Part shown: positions 51,216 to 63,330 of the stretch, one piece after another
How positions within the stretch are numbered: the stretch's first letter is position 1
Layout: every line of letters begins with the position of its first letter
Source: Octopus bimaculoides
Taxonomy: Eukaryota
Direction: 5' to 3'
DNA: 64,000 nucleotides
Assembly (NCBI RefSeq): GCF_001194135.2
Contig: NC_068999.1
Location: 51,180,477-51,244,476 of the forward strand
The notes under the pieces: model-generated
Databases searched by the model: none
What the model was told of the DNA's origin: nothing
What the model saw: only the letters and a program-made list of their open reading frames with translations
Made by a program: the position numbers and the translations under genes

Positions 51216-52487
51216 ATGACTCGTAAATTTTCATGTTTTCTTTTACAACATTGAATAATACTTAATCTCAAATATCCACAAGAAATGAAGTCCTATGCTA
51301 CACACTAGTTCCTCGAATATTCACGTTTTCTAGGTTAGATTTGTGTCTCGAGCCATTTATGCTAAGTGATAGATTTGTGGCCTCGGATGCCAATTCTCTT
51401 ATCAAGCATACAGCCTCTTCAATTTCAGAAGTCTATAAAAGTTTAGTGGTGATTGCATTTCATTTGGTGTCCACGGCAATATATTCATTTGCTTTTAACA
51501 ATAGAAAGAGGCCTGCAGAAAGTTTCTCTGTCTACTGATTGCATGGTTTGTAAGAGGAACATTTTCTTTTAACCTGGTGGTCGCTGATTGCTTTGAAGAA
51601 CAATTACAATTTTAATGACAATATACCATTGAATTGATGGATTTTAGGCGTTTTAAATTAGTTTTAAAATATGACGTTTTAATGTTATTTTTATTATCTC
51701 TTTCGATTTCTCTGGTGTTTTAGTGCGCATTTGTTTTACTTTTACATTATCAAACAAGATAGCTTTCTGTTTGATCATAGTTTGACAGCTACATCAGGAC
51801 TACTTCGGTTTCGCTGTCCAATACACAACTAATTATGTGAAATATTTGTAATGCATTATAATTAGAAAGTGCATTTTATCCAACGAAAATATCACTGCTT
51901 TACTAAAATAAACAATTAAAATGGAGAAAACAGGAAACAACAGCACAACACCAACAACTACAACATAAACTACAATTACAAATGGAAATAAAAACATGAA
52001 AATACCGTACAAGTTGCAGAGGATATTTTTCATTTCACTCTCATTTGTAGGAGGAGAAAATCAAATCGATAACTTTAATGAACGATAACGCAAATAAATC
52101 AATATATTCAGCTAAAATAAATATTCAAGAACTTTAACTTGCTTTTATGAGAAATACATTCTACACGGAAAGAGAACCGTCCAATTCCTTTTTTTTTTCT
52201 TAATTTTATCCTATTTTTTTTTATTCTGAGATTTGCTTTGATAAATTGACAGGATATCATTGTTTCGTTTTCACAAGAGGTGATATCGAATTCACTCTGC
52301 TTGCGTGTTTTAAAGAAATTTATAAGTTAATTTTGTGAGTATCGACCTTTGCCAAACAATATGTTTAGAGCTGAATTGTCGAGATAATGCCTCAGAGAGT
52401 GAAATCCTGATTAGGTTTTCGATTTCCAATTGGAAGAATTTCATTGTTCTTATTCCTCGGCATCCCAGATAAATTCGAGCATCGCCA

Positions 52488-52690
52488 CCTCTCATCCTAT
52501 AATTTCAATATATAGGGATTTTGAGCCTATTGTTAATTTCTAACCTTTAGGAAAGGCATTAGCGTCATACTGTCATCTATCTTCTAATTCCAACATAGGA
52601 ATTTTGGGCCTATTGTTATTCCCTAACACCTCCGGAAAAGACATGTGTATTATAACCTCTCATCTTCTGTTCTCAGTATATAGGGTTTTA
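52488..52690. repeat. Diverged 84-bp tandem repeat, about 2.4 copies
   Basis: Unit cctctcatc...atagg(g/a)attttg(a/g)gcctattgtta...ctaac...gga(a)ag.cat recurs at 52488, about 52570 and 52656. Confidence 0.7.
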
Positions 52691-52694
52691 TAAA

Positions 52695-52885
52695 GTGGAG
52701 CTGTAACAATGGTTAGCACGGGGATTTTCGTCAGTCATTAAGTTTTGAGTTCAAATTCCGCCGAGATCGACATTGCTTTTCCTCCTATCGGCGTCGATAA
52801 CACAAATACCAGTTGGGCATTGGAGTCGATGTAATCAATTTGTCCTTACTCCGAAACTATTATGCCAAAATTTGGAATTAATATA
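52695..52885 (+). mobile_element. SINE family A copy
   Basis: tgagttcaaattccgccgagatcgacattgc...gtcgataacacaaataccagttgggcattggagtcgatgtaatc. Confidence 0.8.
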
Positions 52886-53271
52886 TAGAGCTACATTGTT
52901 CCAATTGAAAAACTGAAAAACAATGCGTTCGTCTGAATAAATATATTTCTACACTTGAAGGAGAAATATTTCCTTCATTCGATTACAACCTAATTTACTG
53001 ATGCCACTTTTTCTTTTAATAATCACCCATTATGTATTGAGTAATTTCTAATGCTCTCTGCCCTATGACACTTGTTCCCTAAATGTTTTGTAAGGAATCG
53101 AGTGCAAGCTTGTGTGAATTTGTACATTTTACAGACGCTCTAATATACGATGACTTTATTTAAGTCTTAAGCTTACATAGTGATATAATTCATTCCGCAT
53201 AAGAGAATAATTCCTGTAAAGAATTCAAGTCACCAAATCGATATTTTATGTTCTGAATATAAATTATTATT

Positions 53272-53389
53272 ACGGCAGCGAGCTGTCAGAATCATTAGCA
53301 CACCGGACAAAATGCTTAACGGCATTTCGTCTGTGATTACGTTCTGACGACAAGTTCCACCAAGGTCGACTTTGCTTTTCATCCCTTCC
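53272..53389 (+). mobile_element. SINE family A 5' half, 3'-truncated
   Basis: ggcagcgagctgtcagaatcattagcacaccggacaaaatgcttaacggcatttcg...ggtcgactttgcttttcatcc. Confidence 0.85.
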
Positions 53390-53437
53390 GTTTACTATCC
53401 GGTGGGTTTACCATCCGGTGAGTTTGCTATCCGGTGA
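53390..53437. repeat. 16-bp unit repeated three times
   Basis: gtttactatccggtgg / gtttaccatccggtga / gtttgctatccggtga. Confidence 0.9.
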
Positions 53438-55019
53438 GACATAATAGTTGAAAATGTTTTACTACAATTCAAAATTATAAAACTTAAGTGTGCTTTCTAA
53501 TGTTCTGCGTTCAGGTGAATTGTTATATAATAGTATACATATCATATGTGCATGATAAACTAACCTTTACGCAACGAAAAGTATTCTGTTATTTGTCAAG
53601 TATAATAATTGAGTAATGATGGAGAGGTAGAAAAGCAAATATCTCATCAGAAAAGTTAGCGAATCAGTTTATGCGTCTCATATCATACAACAGAAAACTT
53701 TGGGTATGCTATTTCATCGCTGCAAGCCGGAGCAACTCTCTACATACGAAAAAAGTGCAAGATATTAGTCGGATAGATGTGTCAAATCTTCCGATGAACA
53801 ACGTTTGTTTAGAGATGGCTTCAATAAGAATTAACGTTATACAAAAACAAAATTTTAAAATTATACCACAACGATCAAACAGATGAATTGACTCACATGC
53901 ACATTTTCCGTAAATACGAAATTGTGTTGTTTGCACTACAATTTTTAAGTGAATTCCTGATAAACTAATTTTATTTTTAGTGTTCATTTCCTGCTAAAAT
54001 TATATCAGTTATCAATATTAATACCTTTGTGAATGGAATTAATTTCAATAGTTATATTTATATTTGCCATAAAAATATTCATTGGAATGAAGCCTATTTT
54101 TACAAAGCAACGGAAATGTAGGATCTCTATCGAATGAACACGGAGCATAGTTGTTCAGTCCTTTAGAAATAATAAGCTAATTTTTCCACAAACACCCAAT
54201 GTATCAATGAGGAGGTTTTTGTTCCGGAAATATTTCCACAATGAAAGGCGATACCACGTACAGGTGTACACGAGCGTGTTAAATGTCGTTGTACCTGTGT
54301 GAGAATATTTATTTCTACGCTGTTTCGTTTTATTCTACTTATTTAATTCCAGCTTGACTAAGCTTTACGTACATCAGTAAATGCACTAAATACTATTTCT
54401 TTATGAATAAGAACTATCGCTCTTCAAGAGACGGTAAAAGCGAATTTCTTATCAGTAGCAAACAGCGCGTAATGACATAGAAACACCTGCATCTCAATAC
54501 TGGATGGCGTGATTCACATTCAGTATGTTTTAACACATGGAAATTTTTTCCCGGAAATATTTTCTCAGCGAAAGGGTTGTCCAACGTTTGAGTGTTCTTG
54601 ACAATGCTGAATACGGCTGTATCCGATTATATTATACAGCACCGTCTTTAAATGAAAAAAGAAAAAAGAAAATGGTGGAAAATGTAAACCTAGTTACAAT
54701 ATGTCGGAAAACTAGTAGAAATTGTTTCTACTTAAAACGTTTTTTTATGTTAGGTCTTCTGATAATAGATGAGCAACAACTACGGCTATGAGAGTTCAAT
54801 AAACAATCTCCGTCTACACATAGTTTGTAAATATTTAACAATGGTACACTAGTGGAGTTATCAGACTCTAACCTCTTTCACTATTCGTATTATATGAATT
54901 ATGTAAACGCTAAATCATCTTGTTTCATGTACCTTTTTTAGAAAAATTATCTAAATTCTGCCATGGAATTCTATGAAGAAAACTAACTTATATATTCTTG
55001 TGTAATAGGAAATCATGAA

Positions 55020-55155
55020 CTTATTTAATCGATCACGAAAAGATGAAAGACAAATTCGACCTCGGCAAAATTTGATCTCAGAACGTAACGGCAGACAAAA
55101 TACCGCTAAGCTTTTCGCCTCGTGTGCTAACGATCCTGCCAACTCGCCGCCCTTG
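55020..55155 (-). mobile_element. SINE family A 5' half
   Basis: tcgacctcggcaaaatttgatctcagaacgtaacggcagacaaaataccgctaagc...ctgccaactcgccgccc. Confidence 0.85.
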
Positions 55156-56550
55156 TATTAAATATATTGAATATAATAATTTAGGTATGAAATACAAAAT
55201 ACGTATTAAGGAATACACGCAAAAAAGGGGAGACATTCATATGATGAAGTTCTAAGAATAAATATATAGATATTTATATTAATAGGTTCAACTTATGCAG
55301 AGTACAAACGACAGAAAAATTTAAATGTGTAGAATGAAGGGTACACGTCCAACAGTTGTTTCTGGTGGCCCGGAGATCCATAATAATGTTGATAGATATA
55401 ATTCGTCTCAATATGTGGTCGTCGGATACAATCGACTTTGGATGAGACGACCTTCCGTCAGCAGAGTAGAGATCTTACATTTCATATCTTAATGCAGAGA
55501 AGCTCAAAGCTGGAATGATTATTTATGGTCACATTCCTTTCTTAATCAGCATTGACCTGAGATAAACAATAACAACAACGACAACGATAACAAATCATGA
55601 AAGAGCCGTGATATTAGAATTTGAACTTGCTATTCAAGACTAGGAAAATGTACGTCATTTAAAGCAACGTTATCCAGGACGCAGAGTTATCAATACTATA
55701 GAAGTGCTGTTTAAGCAAATTGAAGCGACATTATATTTTATGATCAGGTTAAAGCTGTATATAGTGACAGTTTATGACCAAGGTGAGATTTTATATGTCT
55801 GACATTTTATGTGCTAGCAAAAAGAAGGGTAGTCGAAATAAAAGGAAGTTTGCGAACATTGGACTTTATGGTTCAGTAGTAGTTGCCTTTAAGCCAAACA
55901 TATCAAAGAAAACATTTATGGGTCAATACAGGATTTTTCTTAAATTCTTTCATTACTTCATAATATTTTCAGCGTTGTGAAGTTAAATTAATTAATGTCA
56001 TATTCTAAAATGACTTTTTTCAGTTATTTATAAAATATTTTTATGTTTCTTGACATTAAATCTACTCGCAAAATTATGAAACAGTTGAATTGTGGACACT
56101 GCGATGATATATATGGGAAAACCATTAGGATTAAAACTTGAGAAGCCATAGAACTAAATGCAAAATAAAATTTAAATATAAAATTTAATTCTAAAAAAAT
56201 TAGATTGGTTGTTTATAGTTTCTTCGTGTAGTCGTGAACCTCTTCGGAGCTGGCTGGTTTCATGCTGCATCGACTCATATGTGTGCAACTCACTCGTATC
56301 TCTTCGTCTTTCGCCACATATATTACGCTAGCACAGGGATTACATTAACCAAATTCTTCATTCCTAGAATTTCGCCCTTATGTAACCTTTCTCAGTAACA
56401 TTTCCTCCTTATCTGGCACCACCGACTTAAGAAACTAATTAAATGCATGGTTTCTATCAATCACTCAGAGGGCATGAAAAGGCAATGGGCACAACTATCT
56501 CTCTTGACACAACTCATTCATAAAACAACGGTGTATATCTAACCGAGGGA

Positions 56551-56870
56551 AGGTGCATGCCTCTGTGGTTATAGCGTCGGGTTTACTATCATGAGGCTGT
56601 TAGTTCGATTCCCGGACCGGGCTGTGTATTTTGTTCTTGAGCAAGACACTTTATTTCTCGGTACTCCAGTTCACTCAGCTATAGAAATGAGTTACGGCAT
56701 CACTGGTGCCTATTTGTATCGGCCTTTGCCATTCCCATGGACAACATCAGTTGTGTTGAGAGGGGAGTCCGGTATGCATGGGCGCCCGAACTTGTGCCAC
56801 GGAGGGGAACTTTCTAAGTGCAATCCCATGGTCATTCATGACCGAAAAATGTCTTTCTCCCTTTATATCT
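56551..56870 (+). mobile_element. tRNA-headed SINE (family C) with a CORE/Meta-like central domain
   Basis: B box AGTTCGATTCC at 56602-12, followed by ttgttcttgagcaagacactttatttc...ctccagttcactcagctatagaaatgag, resembling the TTGGGCAAG.CACTT...GTAAA(A)TGGG central SINE domain. Confidence 0.75.
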
Positions 56871-58109
56871 CACAAGGCTTACGATAACATCTCCTTTCAT
56901 GACGCTTCATTTTATTTCCTATTTTAATCTTTTACATTTATGGGGAATCAACCTGTAACTCTACCCTCACCACAACACCGTTGCAGCACACGTCAATTTA
57001 CACTATGAAGACAAACTTCAACATTTCCAAAAAAGCAAACCTAAAAGTTTTGACCTGTAGACGCAATTATAGTTTCAGTAATTTAAGAATATTACTATAA
57101 CAGAGTAGACACTGCAACCCACATTCGTCTGTTGACGTTTGTAGAAAATTCCAAAACATAATCATATAACCTCCAAATCACACATTAAACAGCAAAAGCG
57201 ATGAAAACCAAACACAACCTCAAATGCAATATACTGACCAACACTCTCAACCGAAATTAGATTTATTGTAAAAAAATAAAAATCTAAGAGAATTATAGCA
57301 GAACATGTTAACCAAAGGAAAACAGAGAATTAGCAAACATTAATTCACATTAATGACAAAACTAAAACTATACAAACAGCTCACAGCATCGACACGTTTA
57401 ACAACCAAACCACGTGACACGTCATAATAACAACGCCAACACAATTGTCTCCAAAAGCAAGCAAATGTCACATGCTCTTAAAAAAATCAGTCACCATTGA
57501 ACACATAAAAAAAAAACCATTGAAATCCTTAACGCGAGTTATGTAACTTTCAGCTTTAGAGTGACATTACCCCTCACTGAAAAGCGATATGAAGATCCAA
57601 GAATACAAACAAAACGTCTGGTTCTCACAAAATAGCAGCATGTATACACTTGAAAGTGTTAATGTTTGAAGATAACGCTGGCATTAACACACATTTTAAA
57701 CTATTCATATTGACCCAGTCAAATCATTATAATCTTGAACCTGGATAACAATTCTCAGAATTATAGGTCCAAACAAAAGAATGTAAAAGAAAAAAAACAA
57801 GAAAACGACCGAAACAGTATCATAAGATACACCCTGTTAAGTAAAGTTAAAATGGTAATAAGAACTATCTTGGTTTCTATAGATTGCTCACAACTTCAGT
57901 GCATTTCATATGCGCTTCACAATGCAGACATATATTTGATTTAATCCCCAGGAACTGCATAACAATACAGAAATTTGGTTTCATTAGTAACAAATAAATT
58001 AAAACTACCACCTACCTAATCTATCTTCCGCTCCCTTATTATCAACACAAAAGAGAATCAGATACACCCTTTAATAAGTTAACAGCATAATCATATTATT
58101 CATACATAT

Positions 58110-58320
58110 GACAGCGATTTGGCAGAATTGTTAGCACGGCGGAGAGAATGCATAGCAGTATTTAGTCCGTCTTCGTGTTCAGAATTCAAATTTCGCTGAG
58201 GTCGATTTTGCCTTTCATCCCTTTCTGGATTAGATAAAATAAGTAGCAGCTGAGCACTGGGGGTGACATAATCCGCTTATCCCTCCTCTAAATGTGCTGG
58301 CCTTCTGCCAAAACTATATT
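58110..58320 (+). mobile_element. SINE family A copy
   Basis: ttggcagaattgttagcacggc...aattcaaatttcgctgaggtcgattttgcctttcatcc...gagcactgggg. Confidence 0.85.
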
Positions 58321-59244
58321 ACTCATACATGAAACAACAATACTAATATTACTATAAGATCTACAACACTAACAGTAAATGTAAAGAAAACAAAAGATAT
58401 CCAAACATACTCAGAACACTGACTGGTGCTACGATTCGTCAACAATAAAAGATAGGCTTAAAACAGGGCTAGTATAAAATCAACGGCTCTATTAAGGATC
58501 ATGGTCTTCCAGTGGGTACCAATCACTTCACTATAAATCCCAATAAAATTGAACTGACCCGAAATAGTGCATCTCCAAACAACGCTCACAAAGCATCGAT
58601 AGAATCCTGAAAATGAATATATCGCAAGTTGTTACTTCAATTCTGTGTACGCTATAATCTATAAATGCAGTTTAAATTACACTATATGAAATTGATATGT
58701 GCAATCAGTCCGATACAAGCAAGTGCATTGACAACGTCCATGTACACTACTTCCACATCATACTAAAAACACAACGACTTCAGTTCAACCTAGATCAACT
58801 TATGAATATAAATTCGCCAAAACCTAACAGCACGTTGGATTACCTTATCTTTTCCATACACAGTGCATATAACATGCTAATAACTTACTGTAGCTCAGTC
58901 AAACATGACAAGACCTGAAAGTATATCGTATTGCCCGAAATTCTATATACATTCCATTGCTGTTCCGAATGCAAAGTGTTAGAACAATGTGTATGTTCAA
59001 AAATATATATTTAAACTGTCAGATTCCATGTCTGCTCGGTCTGGGTTGGCCTGGTACAAAATAATAAGGACAATAACACCCACTCCAAAGTTATAAATAT
59101 GCTCAGGATGTAAAAATCTTACGGTAAATAAATCCGACACAGCTGCATCTCTAAATGCTCATAACTTGAATAGATGGAGATGTTCTTTACAGCGTGTCGT
59201 TAACTGAAAGTAAATTTTGGCATGTTTCACTAAGCCTCAAAATG

Positions 59245-59400
59245 AGTGAGTCATGCATAATGCTTAGACATATTTCATCCAGTTCTTTACGACATCTGTT
59301 CAAAGTCCACCAAAGCTAACTGTTTCTTTCATCCTTCCGGGGCAAATGAAACAATAATCTTGTCAATTACTTCTGCCGATGTAATCCATTTATCTCGTCC
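59245..59400 (+). mobile_element. Degenerate SINE family A copy
   Basis: aatgcttag...gttcaaagtccaccaaagctaac...tttcatccttccgggg...ccgatgtaatc. Confidence 0.55.
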
Positions 59401-59452
59401 CCACTAAAACGGCTTTCGTTGTATCCATTTAAAAGGCTTTTCATAAGTCTGA

Positions 59453-59537
59453 ATATTCCTTTCTTTGTCATATTACTTGGCTATTCATTCCTTTGTCATA
59501 TGACTTGAGTATTCATTTCTTTGTCATATGACTTGAT
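59453..59537. repeat. 28-bp minisatellite, about 3 copies
   Basis: ctttgtcata(t/g)(t/g)acttg..tattcatt. at 59463, 59491 and 59519. Confidence 0.85.
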
Positions 59538-61569
59538 TTGAGACCATGTCATGCAACAGAAGCAATTTCGTTTAAGAAGTCACGAAAGCTATTACATTGA
59601 TTTTTTCCTCTGTCTTAAAGTGCGAATATATCCGTCGACTTCAACAACCTAGTCGCTAACAGAATTTCTTTGTAACTCTCGAGAATCTCTTACTGGTGAG
59701 TTTTGATAGAATTCAGGGGTTTTTATTTTTACTTATTTATTTCATGTTGTCTATTCTGGAATTGTCTGACATACTGGTCTACTGCATAATCGTTGCTCGG
59801 GACACAGATAATCACCTTCAGATTCAATTCTCCCGTTTTGTCTCTCTCTCTCTCTCTCCCACTCTCCTTTCTCTCTCTTTCTCTATTTCACTATTTCCCT
59901 ATCTCTCTCTCTCTCTCTACCCCTTTCTCTCTTTCTCTGGTGGTCTGAGACATATGGAAATGTCCGTTGTGAATATACAAAATGTGTTTAAAATGTCTGC
60001 TTAAAAATGATGTCTCCACAAATTAGATTCTTGCTAAATTGAAACATTTGGCCGGCTCTATGTCAAAATAATTGATTAAATATAAGATAATTTATAAATA
60101 TCTTTCTGTCTCTCTCTTTCTCTCGCTTTCTCTTTCTCTCTCCCTATTTCTCTCACTCTTTCTCTCTTTCTCTCTCTCATTCAGTCACATACACGCATAT
60201 TTGTATACAAATATGCTGATATATACCGATACTCATGTTCACAAATACACATACAGGATATACCGCATAGTATAAGTCAGATTTCCGTCTAAAACTCCGA
60301 CCTTATTTAAGATTTAGGGTCATGTACATATAGTACTGCATCACAATACATTGAACGGAAGACATGAGATATCGTGGAAACGAACTATTTACTCTGGGAC
60401 TTTGCTGTGAAGAAATGCTAGGAAAAAGCCGAGGACGATCGAAATAGAACTCAGTCTCAGGCATGAAAACGACAAAGGGTGGAAGATACCAGCTTCTAAC
60501 TATGACTTTTGTTGTGACTTCTATATGAGACTGTTACTAATGACCAAATCTACATAGCCATTGCATATGATGTTCCCGCACAGTGAGAGAATAGGTGATT
60601 CATGAGGAAGCGAGATGGGATAGGAGAGGGAGAAAAAGTAAAAATTGTCCTTGTCTCCCAAAAGATATGGTGGTAACAACGGTATAAATATGTACAAACA
60701 CACACACGCACAAACATATATGGGTACGAACTTGATGAAATAGAGAGAATATAAATGAATTGTGTCAACTTAGTGCAATTGTGTTACATCACTCCAATTC
60801 ATGGTTCAAAATAGATTCCTGCTCTCAAATGCAAACATACTGAGTCACCAGCAACAGTTTTATATCTAATGGCAATTCGTTACATACAAACATGAGGTCA
60901 AAAAATTATTGCACAATAGGAATCTTATTTCCAACAGCTTGACGAAAAAGAGATTAAAAACGCATAAAAGAAAGAAAAAATACTTTTAGTTTCGAGAAAA
61001 AATATGTAAAGAAAGAATTTTCAATAATTGTAAAGGTATTCTAACATAGACCATGTCGCAGAGGTGCAACGGAATATTTAACACCATACGATGAAGACAA
61101 AAGTAAACTATAATAGTCTCCTGTTTTCTGAAATGCCTACATTGGTTCTTTTGTGAGGTAAGTGATTCAAACTTTAAGGAGTTTTTTTTTGGTGATTCAA
61201 ATTTTAAGTTTTGTTTTTTAGTGATTGTTTTCTTAAATTTGTACTATTTAGCACCTGATTCTAAACAAAAGTAAACACTAAGAGAATTGTGTATCTCGAA
61301 CCAAAATATGCAACAGAAACCAGAGAATGTTACTAATTAAAAAAAGTAATTAATCTGTAGTAATTATGCAAATTAATGTAGCATGTTTTAACGAAGAAGT
61401 CAAATTTTAATGTTCTATAATTTTATTTTTGCGTTTTAGCAATTTTATGAGGCTCGACTTCAATCATCTTTTGAATGGCTCAGATGTTACGATTCTAAAC
61501 TAATCAACTTTCCAGGACAGACTTAAGATTATCGACAGAACTTAATTTTAATATTTAACTAAATTCACG

Positions 61570-61860
61570 CCGAGCAAAATAATAACTGATATTTAGTCCG
61601 TCTTGATACTCTGAGTACAAACGCTGCCGGAATCTACTTTGCTTTTCATGCTTCGTGGTTGATTACATAAGTACCGGTTGAGCAGCGGAGTTAATGTAAT
61701 TGATTAACCCCAGCCTTTGCAATTGCTGACTTTATGCTATATTTGATACTCATAAGGTGGCGAGATGTTAGAATCATTCCCTCTAGATCGACTTTGCCTT
61801 TCATCTTTTAGGGGTCGATATAAAAAGTACCAGTTGAGCTCGATATTATCGACTGAACAT
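61570..61860 (+). mobile_element. Two tandem SINE family A copies, the second internally deleted
   Basis: The first ends ...ctttatgctatatttgata; the second runs aaggtggcgagatgttagaatc|tagatcgactttgcctttcatcttttaggggtcgatataaaaagtaccagttgag. Confidence 0.75.
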
Positions 61861-62094
61861 CTCTCTTTGCTTGATGCAAAACAAATAGTTTACTGGACAC
61901 GAAAAGAGTTAATATGATAATTCAAGGAATGTTAAAATCTTTACCCACGTCCTTCATAATGCAAATAAATTATTACTTAATTATTTATTCTGACCAGTAT
62001 ATCACGCGAGTGTATTAATTAAAATAAATTAAAATTTTAATCAAAACTAAAACGTACCATGAAATGATTTTTCTCTTTCCAAGAACGGTAACAA

Positions 62095-62135
62095 CTCGGA
62101 AGAGGTTTCGGTATAATTACGTCTCATCAGTGTCG
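62095..62135 (-). ncRNA. Hammerhead-core-like motif, probably degenerate
   Basis: Reverse strand reads CTGATGA-G-acGTAattaTAC-C-GAAAC-ctcttccga-GTT. Confidence 0.3.
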
Positions 62136-63129
62136 AATGTACCTGGCCGTTTATTAAATGCCTTCCAATATCAAGTATAAGATTTATGTAAACTGCTATT
62201 GACCAATTACAGAGTGGCGAATGTTATTCTTAGTGTCTACATCTCAGAACTATATTTAAAACACATACAGGCTTTGGAATGTTGTCAAGATCTAATGATT
62301 AATCTATTTTGAAGAATTAATCATCTGCCGTCTTCTTCTGTGTCATCCAATTTCTATTCTTTCTGCCGTTTTTACGGTATTGAAGTCATTTATGTCCCGC
62401 ATTTATTCTTCCTCCTCAAACTATACTCTCCCCATTCCTTCCTTCCTCGTCCTTCTCCGCATTATAATCATTACTATCAACGAGCTGATCATGTTTACAC
62501 TTACTGACAATTTCTATCTAATTTCTGAACTAAAAACTCGTAATTTGGATAACTTGATTTTCTTATCGACAAATTACAAAATTAGATAATTACAAAGCAA
62601 AAGAAATTTGCAACTTCTGCCCTGAAGACACACTTTGCCAATTCATCTGACTTATTCCATTTGATTCAGTTCAGTTTGGTTTTATCCCTGAAACTAAATG
62701 AAACCATTTAATATGAGAAGCAACAAATCATGCTGTTGTTATGATAAATGTTACAGCAAGCACAAACATACCTGTAGGTCACAACCTTCTGCTCACTGAT
62801 CCACTGAATTACTAAAATAAAATGGACCAGTTAATTGAAAAACACATCTTGAACATGTAATTAGTTTTCATATTTAAACCAAATTGGTTATTTCAAAGTA
62901 CTTGCAAAGCTTCTTTGACACGATGAACATGATGCCATGTTTATCAAACGCCATGCATAATCTCTCAAAAGAGGATTATACCGAATTTACATAGAAATTG
63001 CGTCCTTCACATTGCCTTTACATATACCAGAATTCAAATACAAACGAACAGTTTATTGGGTAATCAAAACATTGAAGATTCTTAACCTGAAGCTAATCTT
63101 CTGTATCCTTTGCAATATATACCTATATA

Positions 63130-63330
63130 TACCAGCAGGTATCTCAGTTTGCCTCTAAGCCTGTACTCTTCGTCTGTGTGGGGTGGTGAGGACTGAATTA
63201 GTCCCTCGCCTGTGCTGTCTTCTCAATCATATTTACCTTGATCTGGTTTCTGCTGCTATGACTATTTCCTTGATAGTCTTCGTCAGTTTCCGGTTTCCGG
63301 ACCAATGTTCTGCAGTAGATAGCTCTGTGT
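63130..63330 (-). pseudogene. HERO-like non-LTR extreme C-terminus plus a short 3' UTR
   Basis: Reverse frames give SYLLQNIG, then RKLTKTIKEIVIAAETRSR*I*LRR; restoring both stops (TAA, TGA) to TGG gives the recalled ending AAE..S.WIWLRR. Confidence 0.6.

Noticed and set aside
51320-51540. RNase H-like phrases (LLKANEYI, W..) on the minus strand
   Set aside because: The catalytic motifs are absent, and it lies upstream of the GAFRTSP-like motif, the wrong order for an I-clade ORF.
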